Program-made: the position numbers and the translations under genes
The notes under the pieces: model-generated
What the model was told of the DNA's origin: nothing
The model's database searches: none
What the model saw: the letters and a program-made list of their open reading frames with translations, nothing else
Shown here: positions 26,871-39,718 of the stretch, in pieces
How the letters are laid out: every line of letters starts with the position of its first letter
How positions within the stretch are numbered: the first letter of the stretch is position 1
Assembly (NCBI RefSeq): GCF_006345805.1
Contig: NC_043004.1
Span: 100,006,001-100,070,000, forward strand
DNA from: Octopus sinensis
Taxonomy: Eukaryota
Length of the DNA stretch: 64,000 nucleotides
Reading direction: 5' to 3'

Positions 26871-27809
26871 TAATAATTTATCCTTGTTCAAATCTTTGTT
26901 GCAAGTGTAGACCTGAAAACTTGTATATATTATGAACGGCATGTATACACATACACACACATGCACGCAGACACGCACACAAACAAACACACTCATATAC
27001 GAGGTTGTGTCACAAAGTCCCCGGACTAATTCTGTAACATACCAACAGATAACAGCTCACAGCCGCGTGCGCAGAGACTGCTGGCAGTGACCTCCATGAG
27101 GTAGTGTGCCGTGTAGAATCGCTGCGATTACTTTGCAAGTTGAGAAATTTGTATACTTGTGATTACATATATGCTGTAGTTCGTGATTTTTGTCATGTAT
27201 AGGAAGCTGGAACAAAGAAGCAGCGTGAAATTTCGCGTTAAACTTGGACAGTCTGCTACAGAGACATTGAACATACTTCGGCAAGCTTTCAACGTCGAGG
27301 CAATGGGTCGTACGCAGTGTTTCGAATGGCATAAGCGCACAACAAAGCTGCAACGCAATCAAGAGCATGGTCAACGTTCTTTCCGTCATCCGCGGTATTG
27401 CGCATTGCGAAATCGTTCCCCAAAGCCAGACCATGAATCTACTGCGGCGTTTTAAAACATTTGAGGAAGGACATTCGGCGAAAGCGACTAGATCTGTGGA
27501 GCGCGAAGAATTGGATTCTGTGCTACGACAATGCACCCTATAACCAAGCTCTCCTCACACGTGAGTTTCTCGCCAAAACAACATGGTGTCGCTTCCACAC
27601 CCACTCTATTCGCCAGATTTAGCACCGGTGGCCTTCCCTCTCGTCCCCAGGACGAAAATGCAGCCCAAATGTTACCGTGTTAACAACGTCGTCGAGATCC
27701 AGAATGAATCTCAGAAGGTCCTCCACTTACTTACGGAAAACGACTTCCAGATCGGATTCCAAAAGAGGCAGGAACGTTGGGACCTGTGAATTGCTGCGCA
27801 AGGTGACTT

Positions 27810-27939
27810 GTTGTTGTTGTTGTTGTTGGCATCCTTTTTGTCTCGGGAGACAATGGAGTTGCGCATAAAATAGTCTAGTCCGGTTTTTACATTTCATGTC
27901 CTGATACATTTCCTGCTGTAGCTGTGTTGTCCTATCCTG
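27810..27939 (-). mobile_element. Short RTE 3' end, inverted relative to 26749-26870
   Basis: Reverse complement differs from 26749-26870 at only a few positions; (CAA)n tail at 27810. Confidence 0.9.
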
Positions 27940-28123
27940 AATCGACTTAATCCGTTTGTCTGTCCTTGTTTGTCCCCTCTATGTTTAGCTCCTCGTGGGC
28001 AATAAAGAAATAAGAAACGTGAGCGCGCCGGGCGAAATGATTAGCGGTAATTCGTCTGTCATTACATTCTGAGTTCAAATTCCGCCGATGCGTAAAGGGG
28101 TCGATCTAATCGAGTAGCTCCCT
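27940..28123 (+). mobile_element. Fragment of a dimeric family B SINE
   Basis: Homologous to 30300-30450, including the junction ccgccga|tgcgtaaaggggtcgatctaatcga. Confidence 0.8.
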
Positions 28124-28699
28124 TTCCAAAAGAGGCAGGAACGTTGGGACCTGTGAATTGCTGCGAAAGGTGACTTATTAAGTAAATATGTTATTTTTAA
28201 TTAAACCTAACTAGTCCTGGAACATTTTGATACTACCTCATAAACTAAGAGAGGAGATGAATAACCACTGATATATATATATACGATAAAACATCGTCAG
28301 TGTATGGAAGTAAGATATAGATGTATGATGAGTCTTGTTAGCAAACATGATGTAAGTAATTCATAAAAGAAGTCACATGAAAACGTGAGAAAATTCGATG
28401 CGGTCAGATCTCACAGTGGTGGTGGGATTCGCGGAAGAGAAGTCGAAAGATTGAGATGCTAAGCAATATTAAGAAAGGGAAAAAAATTGTAATTTCATTA
28501 AAGTTAAGAACATAGGTCTCACAGATGAAATGACACAACATTGATATGCGTGGGAAAGCGGTGTATTGCAAACCGATATAATTAATAAAACTATCAAGGA
28601 AAAGTGTTTAGACGTTAGCCACGAAAACGATGCGCATGCTGATGCATATTGATATGTATATACAAACTTATATACATACATACATACATACAGATATAC

Positions 28700-28738
<39 letters not shown>

Positions 28739-29652
28739 TATATACATATATATATATACATATACATATATATATATACAAATATATACATGTATGTGTA
28801 TGTGTATACACACACACACACACTCACGCACATATATATTTGTTGTTTTTATAGCATTTGGCAGCATATATATATAATTGGATACGATTTGTCATTTCAG
28901 TTAACCTTTCAACAATACAAATCAGTGACCTGTATAAGTGCACAATAATTGTAGTTTACAACGAAATGATAGTGGTTTGCACTGAATGTATCGTTATTTA
29001 TTTGAGAGATCTGACAACGTTATACACAACTCATAACCTTTTTTGTCATATTTCGGCAGCAAAAGATGAACAAAAATAGTTTATATATGACTTATTAATA
29101 ATGGCCACGTTCCTTTATATTCAAGTTCGAAATCTGCCGTGTTATGCTTCGCTTCTTAGAAATAATAAAGTTAAGTTTCAGTCCAGATTAGGATCGATTG
29201 AATGTGAGTGCACGTTCCTTCACAATCCTTAGCTATGCACATGGTATTCAGGCTACATTTCACAGTTTGCATAAAGGAAAAGAAAACACATCCCATCCAA
29301 ATATAAATGGTTTTTTTTTTAATATCAACTAGATTAAAAATATCAACCAGATTGTGGAAAATGGTAGTTTACTCAAAGAAGCTGTGCTCAGCTTTCATCA
29401 CGTCCTCAAGACGGCACCAGAAATTGGCACATGCATCCAGTCACAGTCTCCCGGAGAAGATTATCATACGTCTCCTTGATCGTGGCCAACTTAGTATCGC
29501 ACACAGAACAGTTAGTCTCTTTTTCAACTAAGTCCCACATATAGTAAACTATTGGATTACAATCGGGGGATCGGTTTTATATGGGTTTCCTTAGTCTTTA
29601 ATATCATGCTTTTAATAAAAGACATTTAGTTGTTGTTAGTTCAATTGAATAT

Positions 29653-30072
29653 TACTCTTTACTCTTTACTCTGTTACTTGTTTCAGTCAGTTGACTGCGG
29701 CCATGCTGGAGCACCGCCTTTAGTCGAGCAACTCGACCCCGGGACTTATTCTTTGTAAGCCCAGTACTTATTCTATCGGTCTCTTTTGCCGAACCGCTAA
29801 GTGACGGGGATATAAACACACCAGCATCGGTTGTCAAGCAGTGCTAGGGGGACAAACACAGACACACAAACACACACGCACACATATATATATATACATA
29901 TACATATATACGATGGGCTTCTTTCAGTTTCCGTCTACCAAATCCACTCACAAGGCATTGGTCGGCCCGGGGCTATAGTAGAAGACACTTGCCCAAGATG
30001 CCACGCAGTGGGACTGAACCCGGAACCATGTGGTTGGAAAGCAAGCTACTTACCACACAGCCACTCCTGCGC
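29653..30072 (-). mobile_element. Full-length SINE family A
   Basis: Complete head-to-tail match; (GAGTAAA)-type tail. Confidence 0.95.
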
Positions 30073-30138
30073 TTCGGAAAGCAAAATTTCTGAACTTGCA
30101 GAAATGTAAGAAACTGTTATTATTATAATTACTTGAAC

Positions 30139-30479
30139 AAAGGCGGCGAGCTGGCAGAAACGTTAGCACGCCAGGCGAAATGCGTAGCCATATTTTGCCT
30201 GCCGTTACGTTCTGAGTTCAAATTCCGCCGAGGTCGACTTTGCCTTTCATCCTTTCAGGGTCGATAAATTAAGTACCAGTTACGCACTGGGCTCGATGTA
30301 ATCGATTTAATCCGTTTTTTTTTGTCCTTGTTTGTCCCTTCTGTGTTTAGCACATTGTGGGCAATAAATAAATAAGTCATTACGTTCTGAGTTCAAATTC
30401 CGCCGATGCGTAAAGGGGTCGATCTAATCGAGTGGCTCCCTTTCCAAAAATGTGGAGCCTTGTGTCTAGAGTAGAAAAG
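30139..30479 (+). mobile_element. Dimeric family B SINE flanked by a 17-bp TSD
   Basis: Head ggcggcgagctggcagaa..gagttcaaattcc; second partial monomer from about 30376; attataattacttgaac at 30122-30138 and 30480-30496. Confidence 0.88.
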
Positions 30480-30678
30480 ATTATAATTACTTGAACTGAT
30501 TTTATATAGTGATCAGCAGCTTTCGTATTTTCTCATGTGTTGAATATAAAATAATGGAAGATACAATTATCTCAGAGGTGAATTATTCAGTATATATTAT
30601 ACATTACAATAAAATTTTAAAAGAAAAATACAATCTGGTCCGAGGTAAAAATGAATAAAAAGTTTTGTTGTCAAATCG

Positions 30679-30905
30679 TTTCTTTTACTCGTTTCAGCTA
30701 TTTTGCTACAGTCATGTTGGGGCATTGCCATGAAGGGTTTTAGTCGTACAAATAGACCACAGTACTTTCTTAAAGTCTTGATACTGGTTCTATCGTTTTC
30801 TTTTGACAAACCGCGAAGATAAGAGAACGTAAACAAACAAACTGAGATTGTTATGCTGGGGGTCGTTACAAGCAAAAGCGCAAAGACACACACACACACA
30901 TACTT
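30679..30905 (-). mobile_element. Degenerate family A-like SINE 3' half
   Basis: tttcttttactcgtttcag..cagtcatgttggggca..ggttctatcg..aaccgc.aag. Confidence 0.6.
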
Positions 30906-31285
30906 ACACATCTACGCACATATATGCAGCAATTTCTTTTACTTTCCGCCTAGCTCATTCACTTACGAGGATTTAGGGGGCGCAGTAGACACTCGCCCTA
31001 GGCACCATGCAATAGGCCTAAAACAAAAATATGAGGCTATGCAGCAAGCTTCTTCCCAAACAGTCATGCTTACAATAAACTATATTATTTTGAAAAACAC
31101 ATTCGGAAGCACTAGAAAACTATACAACATTCGTCTATAAGATTATAAAGATTCAGTTTGGGAAAATATGAGGAATCGTTTTGTCTGAAGACGTATAACA
31201 GGCAAAGATTTTACACATTATTTCTACAGTTGCTTCTTGATTAAGTTATGGCGTTTAATAGTGTGTTATAATGAGATATCTTAAA

Positions 31286-31608
31286 AGACTCCGCCGGTTA
31301 CGACGACGAGGGTCCCAGCTGATACGATCAACGGAACAGCTTGCTCGTGAAATTAACGTGCAAATGGCTGAGCATTCCACAGACACGTGTACCCTTAACG
31401 TAGTTCTCGGGGATAATCAGCGTGACACAGAGAGTGACAAGGCTGACCCTTTGAAATACAAGTACAACTCATTTTTGCCAGCTGAGTGGACTGGAGCAAC
31501 GTGAAAATAAAGTGTCTTGCTCAAGGACACAACGCATCGCCGGGAATCGAACTCACAACCTTACGATCATGAGCCGAATGCCCTAACCACTAAGCCACGC
31601 GCCCTCAC
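31286..31608 (-). mobile_element. Full-length tRNA-derived SINE (family D) with 12-bp TSD
   Basis: Head ggcgcgtggcttagtggttaggg..gagttcgattccc; TSD aatgagatatct at 31270-31281 and 31609-31620; 3' half shared with family C. Confidence 0.92.
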
Positions 31609-32173
31609 AATGAGATATCTAAACTTAGCTTGACTAACGAACCGCTCATACGCATTTGAAATAAGAAATTACACACGGAATTAAAGATGACTTTTACAGT
31701 TTTAAATAACAAATAACAATCGAAATACAAAGATCTTTCGATAGTTTTTTGTGTGATTTTGAAACTGACGACATAAAAAAGCTATAAACTTTAAAAACTT
31801 TTCAGAAAATTATCTAAAGTGTTTCACGTTGAGTTTAAATTACATATCTAAAAGATCATGTATATGTGTGTGTGCGCGTGTGTGTGCTATATACGAGGAT
31901 ATAAGTATGTATGTAAAGATACATTTACGTATATATATATATCTACCACCAAATCAACTTAAGCCGTCCATAGGACGGGTGCTTTTGCTAGTAAGTTTAG
32001 CCGGCCGCCAACACTTTTTTTCTGCAAAATAGGGGTAGCTTATCCTGTTCAGGGTATTATTAGCTTTATCCTGCGTTTGAGAATGTAAAGTCACTTCTTT
32101 AACTTTCTAAGACTTCTCAACGCTTCTAAAGCAAACTTCGTTTTTTTTTTTTACGTTCATCGTAATTTGAATA

Positions 32174-32249
<76 letters not shown>

Positions 32250-32934
32250 AATATACATACATACATACATATATATATATGCATATATATATGTATGTAT
32301 GTATATACATACTAGCAATCGCACCTTGAATTAACTGTAAATTTATGTTGTGCTGAAGTAGAAATGCATATGCTTGCAATCTGGTACAGATACACGCGTA
32401 TGCATTCGTAAATCACAGAAGTTCTGAAATAGGTTTTCGGGAAAACATGCGACCAACCGTTGTACCGGTGTTCTTGTGCATTTTTAAAAATCATTGTAGC
32501 TCTTTGTATTTCAGAATTAATTTATCAAAATATTATTGAAGGTATTTATTTATTTATTTATTAAGATTTAATCATTAAACACTCTTTCTGTATGTGATAC
32601 CATTCAAATGGTCTAAGAACATGTTTCGAAGTTGATTTTTCGTTAAGATCTTAAGCTAGGCTGAGATTTGAATTGATATTCCTCCCCAAACTAAAATGTC
32701 CATTCAATTCAATCCAGTCGGTGGCGAAGACCTCATCCTCAAATCCATCTATAATGGATGTTTCATACCAAAACTGCATTTTGAAAGAAGAGTGACTTGA
32801 TGTCTTTTCTTGCCGAAACATTTTGTGACAGATCTAATGAGGGTAGGTTCAAAAGATTCAATACAACATATTTGCTTTAAAATATATATTTGCTTTAATA
32901 TATATATATATGCATGTATATATATACACACGTT

Positions 32935-33200
32935 CTTTTATTCGTTTACTTGTGTCAGTAATTTGACTGTGGTCATGCTGGAGCACTCGCTTATAGAGAG
33001 TTTTAGTCGAACGAATCGACGCCCCCATAATTTATTTCTTAAGCTTAGTTCTTATAATATTTACTTTTTTTGCCGAACCGCTAAGTTACGAGGACGTAAA
33101 GACTGCAACACCGGCTGTCAAGTAGCGATGCGGAGACAAACACAGACACACATGGCTATATATAGACACACACACACACATACACACACACACACATATA
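32935..33200 (-). mobile_element. SINE family A 3' half, diverged
   Basis: tttgactgtggtcatgctggagcac..gccgaaccgctaagttacg. Confidence 0.8.
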
Positions 33201-33964
33201 TATATTCAGGGGTATGTTCCACAACACAAGTCACACTCACAGACACACGCATTACATGTGCGAATTTCAAAGGCATATACACATGGTGATGGAGGCACAC
33301 AGCTATTCAAACGCAAACATTCTCACAGAACCATAAAAATATGTATAATTGAACATACATTCTTTCCTATACAACAACGTATATGTAGATGCATGAAAGT
33401 AAATTGCAAATCTTATCGCTTACGCATAGATATACCATGACACACACTCACTATAGATTAGGCTGTGAGATGCGCGCACACACACACATGGACATGTTTT
33501 GCACCCGCATACACACATATACACACATTCATACAAACACACTATAGATATCACACACTTTTCTATATCACATACGCATCCATTGGTTAACAGACTTGAA
33601 CTCACACATCATAGGGACGCACATGGATACAGACAGATGCATTCAAAAATATCACAGCAAGTCAGATGCACTCGTGCATATCACTTACACATATATACAG
33701 ACACACGCAATCACATATGTATCGTATGCATACGGATTGCCACATATACACGTAATTACAGATGTCACATGGTCACATATATATGCACATAATCGCATAG
33801 GCAGATGCAGAAACCCACTGCTTGATATCGCACGAAGACCAATGCGCATAACATTCACTCATTAAAACAACATACGTGCGAATGTATGACCACATCAAAC
33901 TCTTTTAAAGATATCACAGATAAATGCATCCAACACAAGCACGCATACACACGTATACACTGAA

Positions 33965-34014
<50 letters not shown>

Positions 34015-34022
34015 TATATATA

Positions 34023-34227
34023 CCGGAGTAAACACATAAATGTGAAACAAGGTGGAAAAAAGAGTACTCAAATACCAGTGGTAGAGTAATATGCTTTATT
34101 TAAAAGCAGCAGAAAATTCAACAAAACATGTTACTCTAAGTTTCACGTTCCCATTCGTCGGACAGTTCGGGAACGTGAAACTCAGAGTAACAGGTTTTGT
34201 TGAATTTTCTGCTGCTTTTAAATAAAG
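34023..34227. mobile_element. Hammerhead-bearing short element with an inverted partial copy (59-bp arms), embedded in (TA)n
   Basis: 34094-34152 is the reverse complement of 34169-34227 with 2 mismatches; spacer 16 nt. Confidence 0.88.
34128..34165 (-). ncRNA. Hammerhead variant, core CCGACGA
   Basis: ctgt-CCGACGA-atg ggaa cgt-GAA-actt a gagt-A-acat; the inverted half-copy preserves actc a gagt-A-acag. Confidence 0.75.
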
Positions 34228-34235
34228 TATTTATA

Positions 34236-34275
<40 letters not shown>

Positions 34276-35879
34276 TCATGTACCATCTCACATGGAATGT
34301 AGAAGCTTACATATAGAGACGCATACGCAGAAATATATTCCATGCATCTACAAATGCACACGCACGCAAGTTACATACATAACTGCAGGCACATACATAT
34401 ACATTGATAGACATACACACATACAGATAGAAACACACAAGCGTATATATCATACACAAAAATGTACGCACAGGCTCACGCTGGTTTACAGCATTACAGG
34501 CAGATGAATTTATACGCATAAATAGAAGCACATATGCACATACACACACACTACACCACACACTCTCACAACCCCCATACACATATAAACTACACTAAAA
34601 CAACAATATCAAGAATATTTCAAGCCTACAAGTCCAACTCATTTCAACCATTTTCTGTTAACTGTTATGTTCTCATTGAACCATGAAATTAAGTGGGGAA
34701 AGCAATCTATCTTCTTAATTTATTCTTTTTACCATTTTATTAAGTGGGATTTGTGCTTTTTGTTAACTAATTCTTCGCTATTTATCACCATACATTTATC
34801 ATCATCACCATCATCATCATTAAAATCGTTATCATCATCATCGTCGTCGTCTTCGCCATCGTTATCGCCATCATTGTTGTTGTCGTCGTAATTGTCATTG
34901 GCGTTATTGTCTTCATCAATAAAATTTTGGACAGGCAGAAATAGTAGAATGGATGCCTGACTAAATGCTGAACGGTGTTTAAGTTCCATTTCATTACGTA
35001 TTTAGTTCAAATCTCATTGACAGCAGTGAATGTCAAGAACAATAGAACACCAAACTAAATATATTTTATTACACAAATTTATGCTCTGAATGTTCTCCAC
35101 TAGATTAAGAATTCTCATTATTCCTCAGAAGGCTTCCATATAACTGGCTGAATCTTCAGATGAAATCTGTTTTGTGATCGTTGTTGGTGAAACTCGCGGT
35201 GTACTGGTTTAAAGAGTGAATGGCAAATTTCGGTAGTTGCTGTTTCATTTAATTTTCTTTGTGAAACCAACTTTGTCGCACGAAATAACAGCCTTTATAG
35301 TAATTTGTGGGGATCACTGAAAGCCATGAGTATTGTGAATAAGAGAGTTTCTATTTTACATTTCTGCTAAGCTGTTAGCTTTGCACTGCGTGATGCACAG
35401 GAAGTGTATGATGCATACTTCCTCCCGTTGCTCGTCCTACATTACAAGAAAGATGGTAGTTTTTGTCTATGATGTTGTCTATGACCATAGATTTAGCAGA
35501 ATTTTTTTTCTGGATAGTTTACACAAACAAGTGTATTTGATGCCATTCTGAATCACCACACAGACACGCAAATTCTTAAAAAGTTAATTAGAATGTGACA
35601 CCTGATATGTCTTCCTTTTCACGTAAAAAGAAGAAAACCTATAATTTGGTCTTAATGTAATCACAAAATAACTAGACTTTAGTTTCACAGAGTCTAAATT
35701 TGATAGTAAAATTTCAAATAGATTTGAAGCCAGCACACTAAAATTTTCTGTAACAAAATCTTTGTTGCCTAGAGTAATAATAAAATACATTAAACGGTTT
35801 CTGAGTAAATGAGAGGTAATTTTGAAACTCAGAGAAGAGACATTACCTTAAAACTGAAACATCGCTATAAGTAGTATTT

Positions 35880-36720
35880 AAAGGAGACTTCCTCGCCGTA
35901 GTGCTTTTTAAACAACCATCTTTAATACAGAGAAAATCTCAAATTGTTTGCGGCAGATAATAAACAATTACAAACGTTGGTACTGGCAGAAAATAAATTT
36001 AGTAGAAGAATTTACTAGGGATTGGGATTATAAAAATGCACGAGGCGTCTAAGAGAAGAAATTAATTACGAGTATTACTGCCCAGTTAGATAACGAAACA
36101 TATATGATAAATATATGGAACAGAGACTTACGAATACTTAGGATGAACGAACTAGACTGAGAATAACTCATACACGAATGAAGATATTAGGAAGTAATAA
36201 CATACATCCATTTGATGAATAATTAAAATACGGTTACAGGCGAAAAATAATCTAATCGACATCAATACACGTACCATCCAAAGGTATTTATAGTTGTTAT
36301 TTTCTTAGTAAGATTAAACGGAAAAAGATATAAGGTGTGTATTTAGATCACAAAACGAATCGTCTGTACGATGATTATATTTACTACGAATACAGGGATT
36401 TAGGGAGTTCCTGCAATCAGAATACTATTATAAACTTTTCACCATAGGACGACAAAAATATCTAATAGAGAATAATAGAAACCCAATGCAACAAGCTACA
36501 TAACATGAATAAAGCAAAATTATCTTTTGTCTCGAAGGAAGCCAATGTTTATAAATCAGTGTCTGAGATAAAAGAAAACTGTGAACAGAATGAAATAAAA
36601 CAAAAGAAAATGGGAAAATAATAAAGTCAATAAGTAAAATGAAAGTTTACAGAAGCCTATGATGAAATGCTGGTGAGAATACGACCTAAATGGCCAATAA
36701 CTGAACAGAGAGATAACAAA
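35880..36720 (+). mobile_element. Highly degenerate RLE-type LINE reverse-transcriptase region
   Basis: GDFLAVVLF, LKLFAADNKQLQTL, GL*KCT, TYEYLG and LYLLRIQGFREFLQSEYYYKLFTIG correspond in order to RT motifs QGDSL, DDLKL, FGLEKC, YKYLG and RLYxPRxxGGRGL. Confidence 0.65.
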
Positions 36721-36885
36721 CCAAGAAGCAACACAATTCTAGGTAAGAAGTATGAAACTCAGCGCTGAGACGAAAGTACTTTTAAGTGCCGTACAGTTTC
36801 AAGCTTTCTCCGACAAAAATTATTAAGAGCATTTAATGAAGCAAAATACATATATATATATATATATATATAATGAAGTAGAATA

Positions 36886-37038
<153 letters not shown>

Positions 37039-37123
37039 TCAAGGAAATTACTCAACAATCCAGAAATTTATTATTAAAATGGTTCTGGTTAATTCTGGTT
37101 AATAACAATATAATGCTATGGTA

Positions 37124-37162
<39 letters not shown>

Positions 37163-37244
37163 GGTCCCGGGTTGAGTCGGGGTTAACCACAGTAAATAAG
37201 GTACTCAATACATAGCAGAGTAAAGTAATTTATTTTATAGAAGG

Positions 37245-37295
37245 AGCTTCTACAGGACTAGAACTGTTTCATTCAGATGAAATATTCAGGAAGCT
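37245..37295 (-). ncRNA. Hammerhead motif with G8U core mutation (CUGAAUA), probably inactive
   Basis: agcttc-CTGAATA-tttcatctgaat-GAA-acag ttctagtc ctgt-A-gaagct. Confidence 0.75.
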
Positions 37296-37639
37296 GGCTG
37301 TCAAAATAAGTTCTGGTATTTATGCTATTAGGCAGATTTAATGGAGTGGTGGTGGGGGACGTTTTTGGGGTAGGTTGGTATTTAGGAGATAAACTATTGT
37401 TCTTAGGGGAGTGGTCAAAAGGCCAGAATGTTTTTTGAAATGAGAAGGATCAGTGAGAAAATAAATAAATGAATGAATAAATAGAATAAATGAATAGAAA
37501 CAGATATATGGGATGGGATATTAGGTAAATTAGAAGACAATTGCTTTTTGGGGGTCAAGAAGAGGTAGGCAGTTTGTTATTGTTAGGTGGAGGGAATAAA
37601 TAGATAAATATACATGAAAAAACATATAAAATAAATATA

Positions 37640-37766
37640 CATACAAACACACATACATACACATGCGAATATACATATGTATACATACATACGCACATAT
37701 ATATACACATACATACACATACATACACATACATACATATATATATATATATACATATACATACAC

Positions 37767-37819
<53 letters not shown>

Positions 37820-37919
37820 GTATAGACATGGCCTGGGCCAATACTGGCCAAAACCTTTCTAAGTTAATCTAAGTTATACATATACATACATACACCTACA
37901 TACACACACACACATGCAC

Positions 37920-37951
<32 letters not shown>

Positions 37952-38540
37952 ACAAATACACATAAGTATACATACATAAATATACCTACGTACATAAAAG
38001 CATATACATAATTATGCATATATAAACACATACATAAATATACATATGTACACACAAACACACATAAATATATACACACATATACACACATATGCACATA
38101 TAAAAACATATGTGTATATAAATATATATACGCATATATAAGTATATATACGCATATAAATACATATATGCATATATAAATACACACATGCATATACATA
38201 CATACACACACATATACATACATGCACATACATACACATACATACACGTACATAAATATACATATCTACACATATACACATATATACATGCCCATACATA
38301 AATCTACATGTCCGTATATATATATATATATATACATACATCCATACACTAATATACATGCATACACACATACATTTATATACAAATACACATGTATATA
38401 TAAAAATACACATACGCATACATAAATATATACATGCATATACACATACATACACATACACACACACATATATATATATACATAAATACATACATGCATA
38501 TATATATACACATATACACATATACATACATACACACGTG
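37640..38540. repeat. Long compound (CA)/(TA)/(CATA) microsatellite
   Basis: Direct reading. Confidence 0.9.
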
Positions 38541-38604
38541 TACCCCACCAACACTCCATTAAATCTGCCTAATAGCATAAATACCAGAAATTATTTTGAC
38601 AGCC

Positions 38605-38655
38605 AGCTTCCTGAAGATTTCATCTGAATGAAACAGTTCTAGTCCTGTAGAAGCT
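38605..38655 (+). ncRNA. Type-I hammerhead ribozyme, canonical core
   Basis: agcttc-CTGAAGA-t ttc atct gaa t-GAA-acag ttctagtc ctgt-A-gaagct: 6-bp stem I, 4-bp stem III, GUA site; stem II has a U-U closing mismatch. Confidence 0.85.
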
Positions 38656-38904
38656 CCTTCTATAAAAGAAAATAAAAATATATATATATTTATATAGGCA
38701 ATAAAGACACTATATAGCTACTTATAGTAAAAAGCAAAGCAGAATCAGAAAATGTTTACCATAGCATTTTATTGCTATTAACCAAAGTTAACCAGAACCA
38801 TTTTAATAATAAATTTCTGGACTGTTGATTAATTGCTTTGTCAATGAATAATAAAGTGAATATATACTGTCATTCTACTATAGACAGAGATGAAGGTCCA
38901 TCGA

Positions 38905-38953
38905 CTGATTATTATCATCATCATTATTATTATTATTATTATTATTATAATTA

Positions 38954-39045
<92 letters not shown>

Positions 39046-39047
39046 TT
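38905..39047. repeat. (TAT)n microsatellite
   Basis: Direct reading. Confidence 0.95.
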
Positions 39048-39239
39048 AAAAAGGAAAAAACAGAAATGAAGTGCCTTTTGATAGAAGTAAAATTTGTAGC
39101 AGTCAATTATATACTTCTCAAAAATATTGAGAAATTATCCATATATAAATATTTGGAAATAAAAATAACTAAACTGTATGAATCTTAAATAGAAATGCTC
39201 CCTATATTTGTTAAAAATAATTTCAAATATATCTATGAG

Positions 39240-39718
39240 TGTGTGTTTTTTTTGTCTGTGTATGTCCCCGCCCACATCATCGCTTGACAACCGGTGTTAT
39301 TGAGCTTACCTCACTTAGCGGTTGGGCCAAAGAAGAATCGATAAAATAAGTACTAGGTTTAAGGAATAAGTTCTGGGATCGAGTTGTTCGACTGAAAGCC
39401 CTTCAATGCGGTGCCCCAGCATGGCCGTAGACAAATGACTGTAACAAGTAAAAGAGCAAAAGAGTAAAGGAATGGTAGAGTGTGATATGGGGAAAATTTA
39501 GCTCCTATTTCTAGCAGGTTAAGCTAAAGCTGATAAGTACTAGGCTTAAGAAATAAGTTCTAGGATCGAGTTTTTCGATTGAAAACCCTTCAATGCGGTG
39601 CTCCAGCATGGCCGTAGACAAATGACTGTAGCAAGTAAAAGAGCAAAAGAGTAAAGGAATGGTAGAGTGTGATATGGGAAAAATTTAGCTCCTATTTCTA
39701 GCGGGTTGAGCTAAAGCT
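39240..39718 (+). mobile_element. SINE family A 3' half with a 187-bp tandem duplication of tail plus flank
   Basis: 39346-39531 repeats at 39533-39718. Confidence 0.85.

Larger units (their letters stand above)
27000..28240 (+). mobile_element. Internally deleted mariner transposon with both TIRs and TA duplications, carrying a 314-bp insertion
   Basis: TA-cgaggttgtgtcacaaagtccccggact at the left end pairs with agtcctggaacattttgatactacctca-TA at the right. Translations: EQRSSVKFRVKLGQSATET..RTQCFEWHKR, DNAP, HPLYSPDLAP. Confidence 0.92.
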
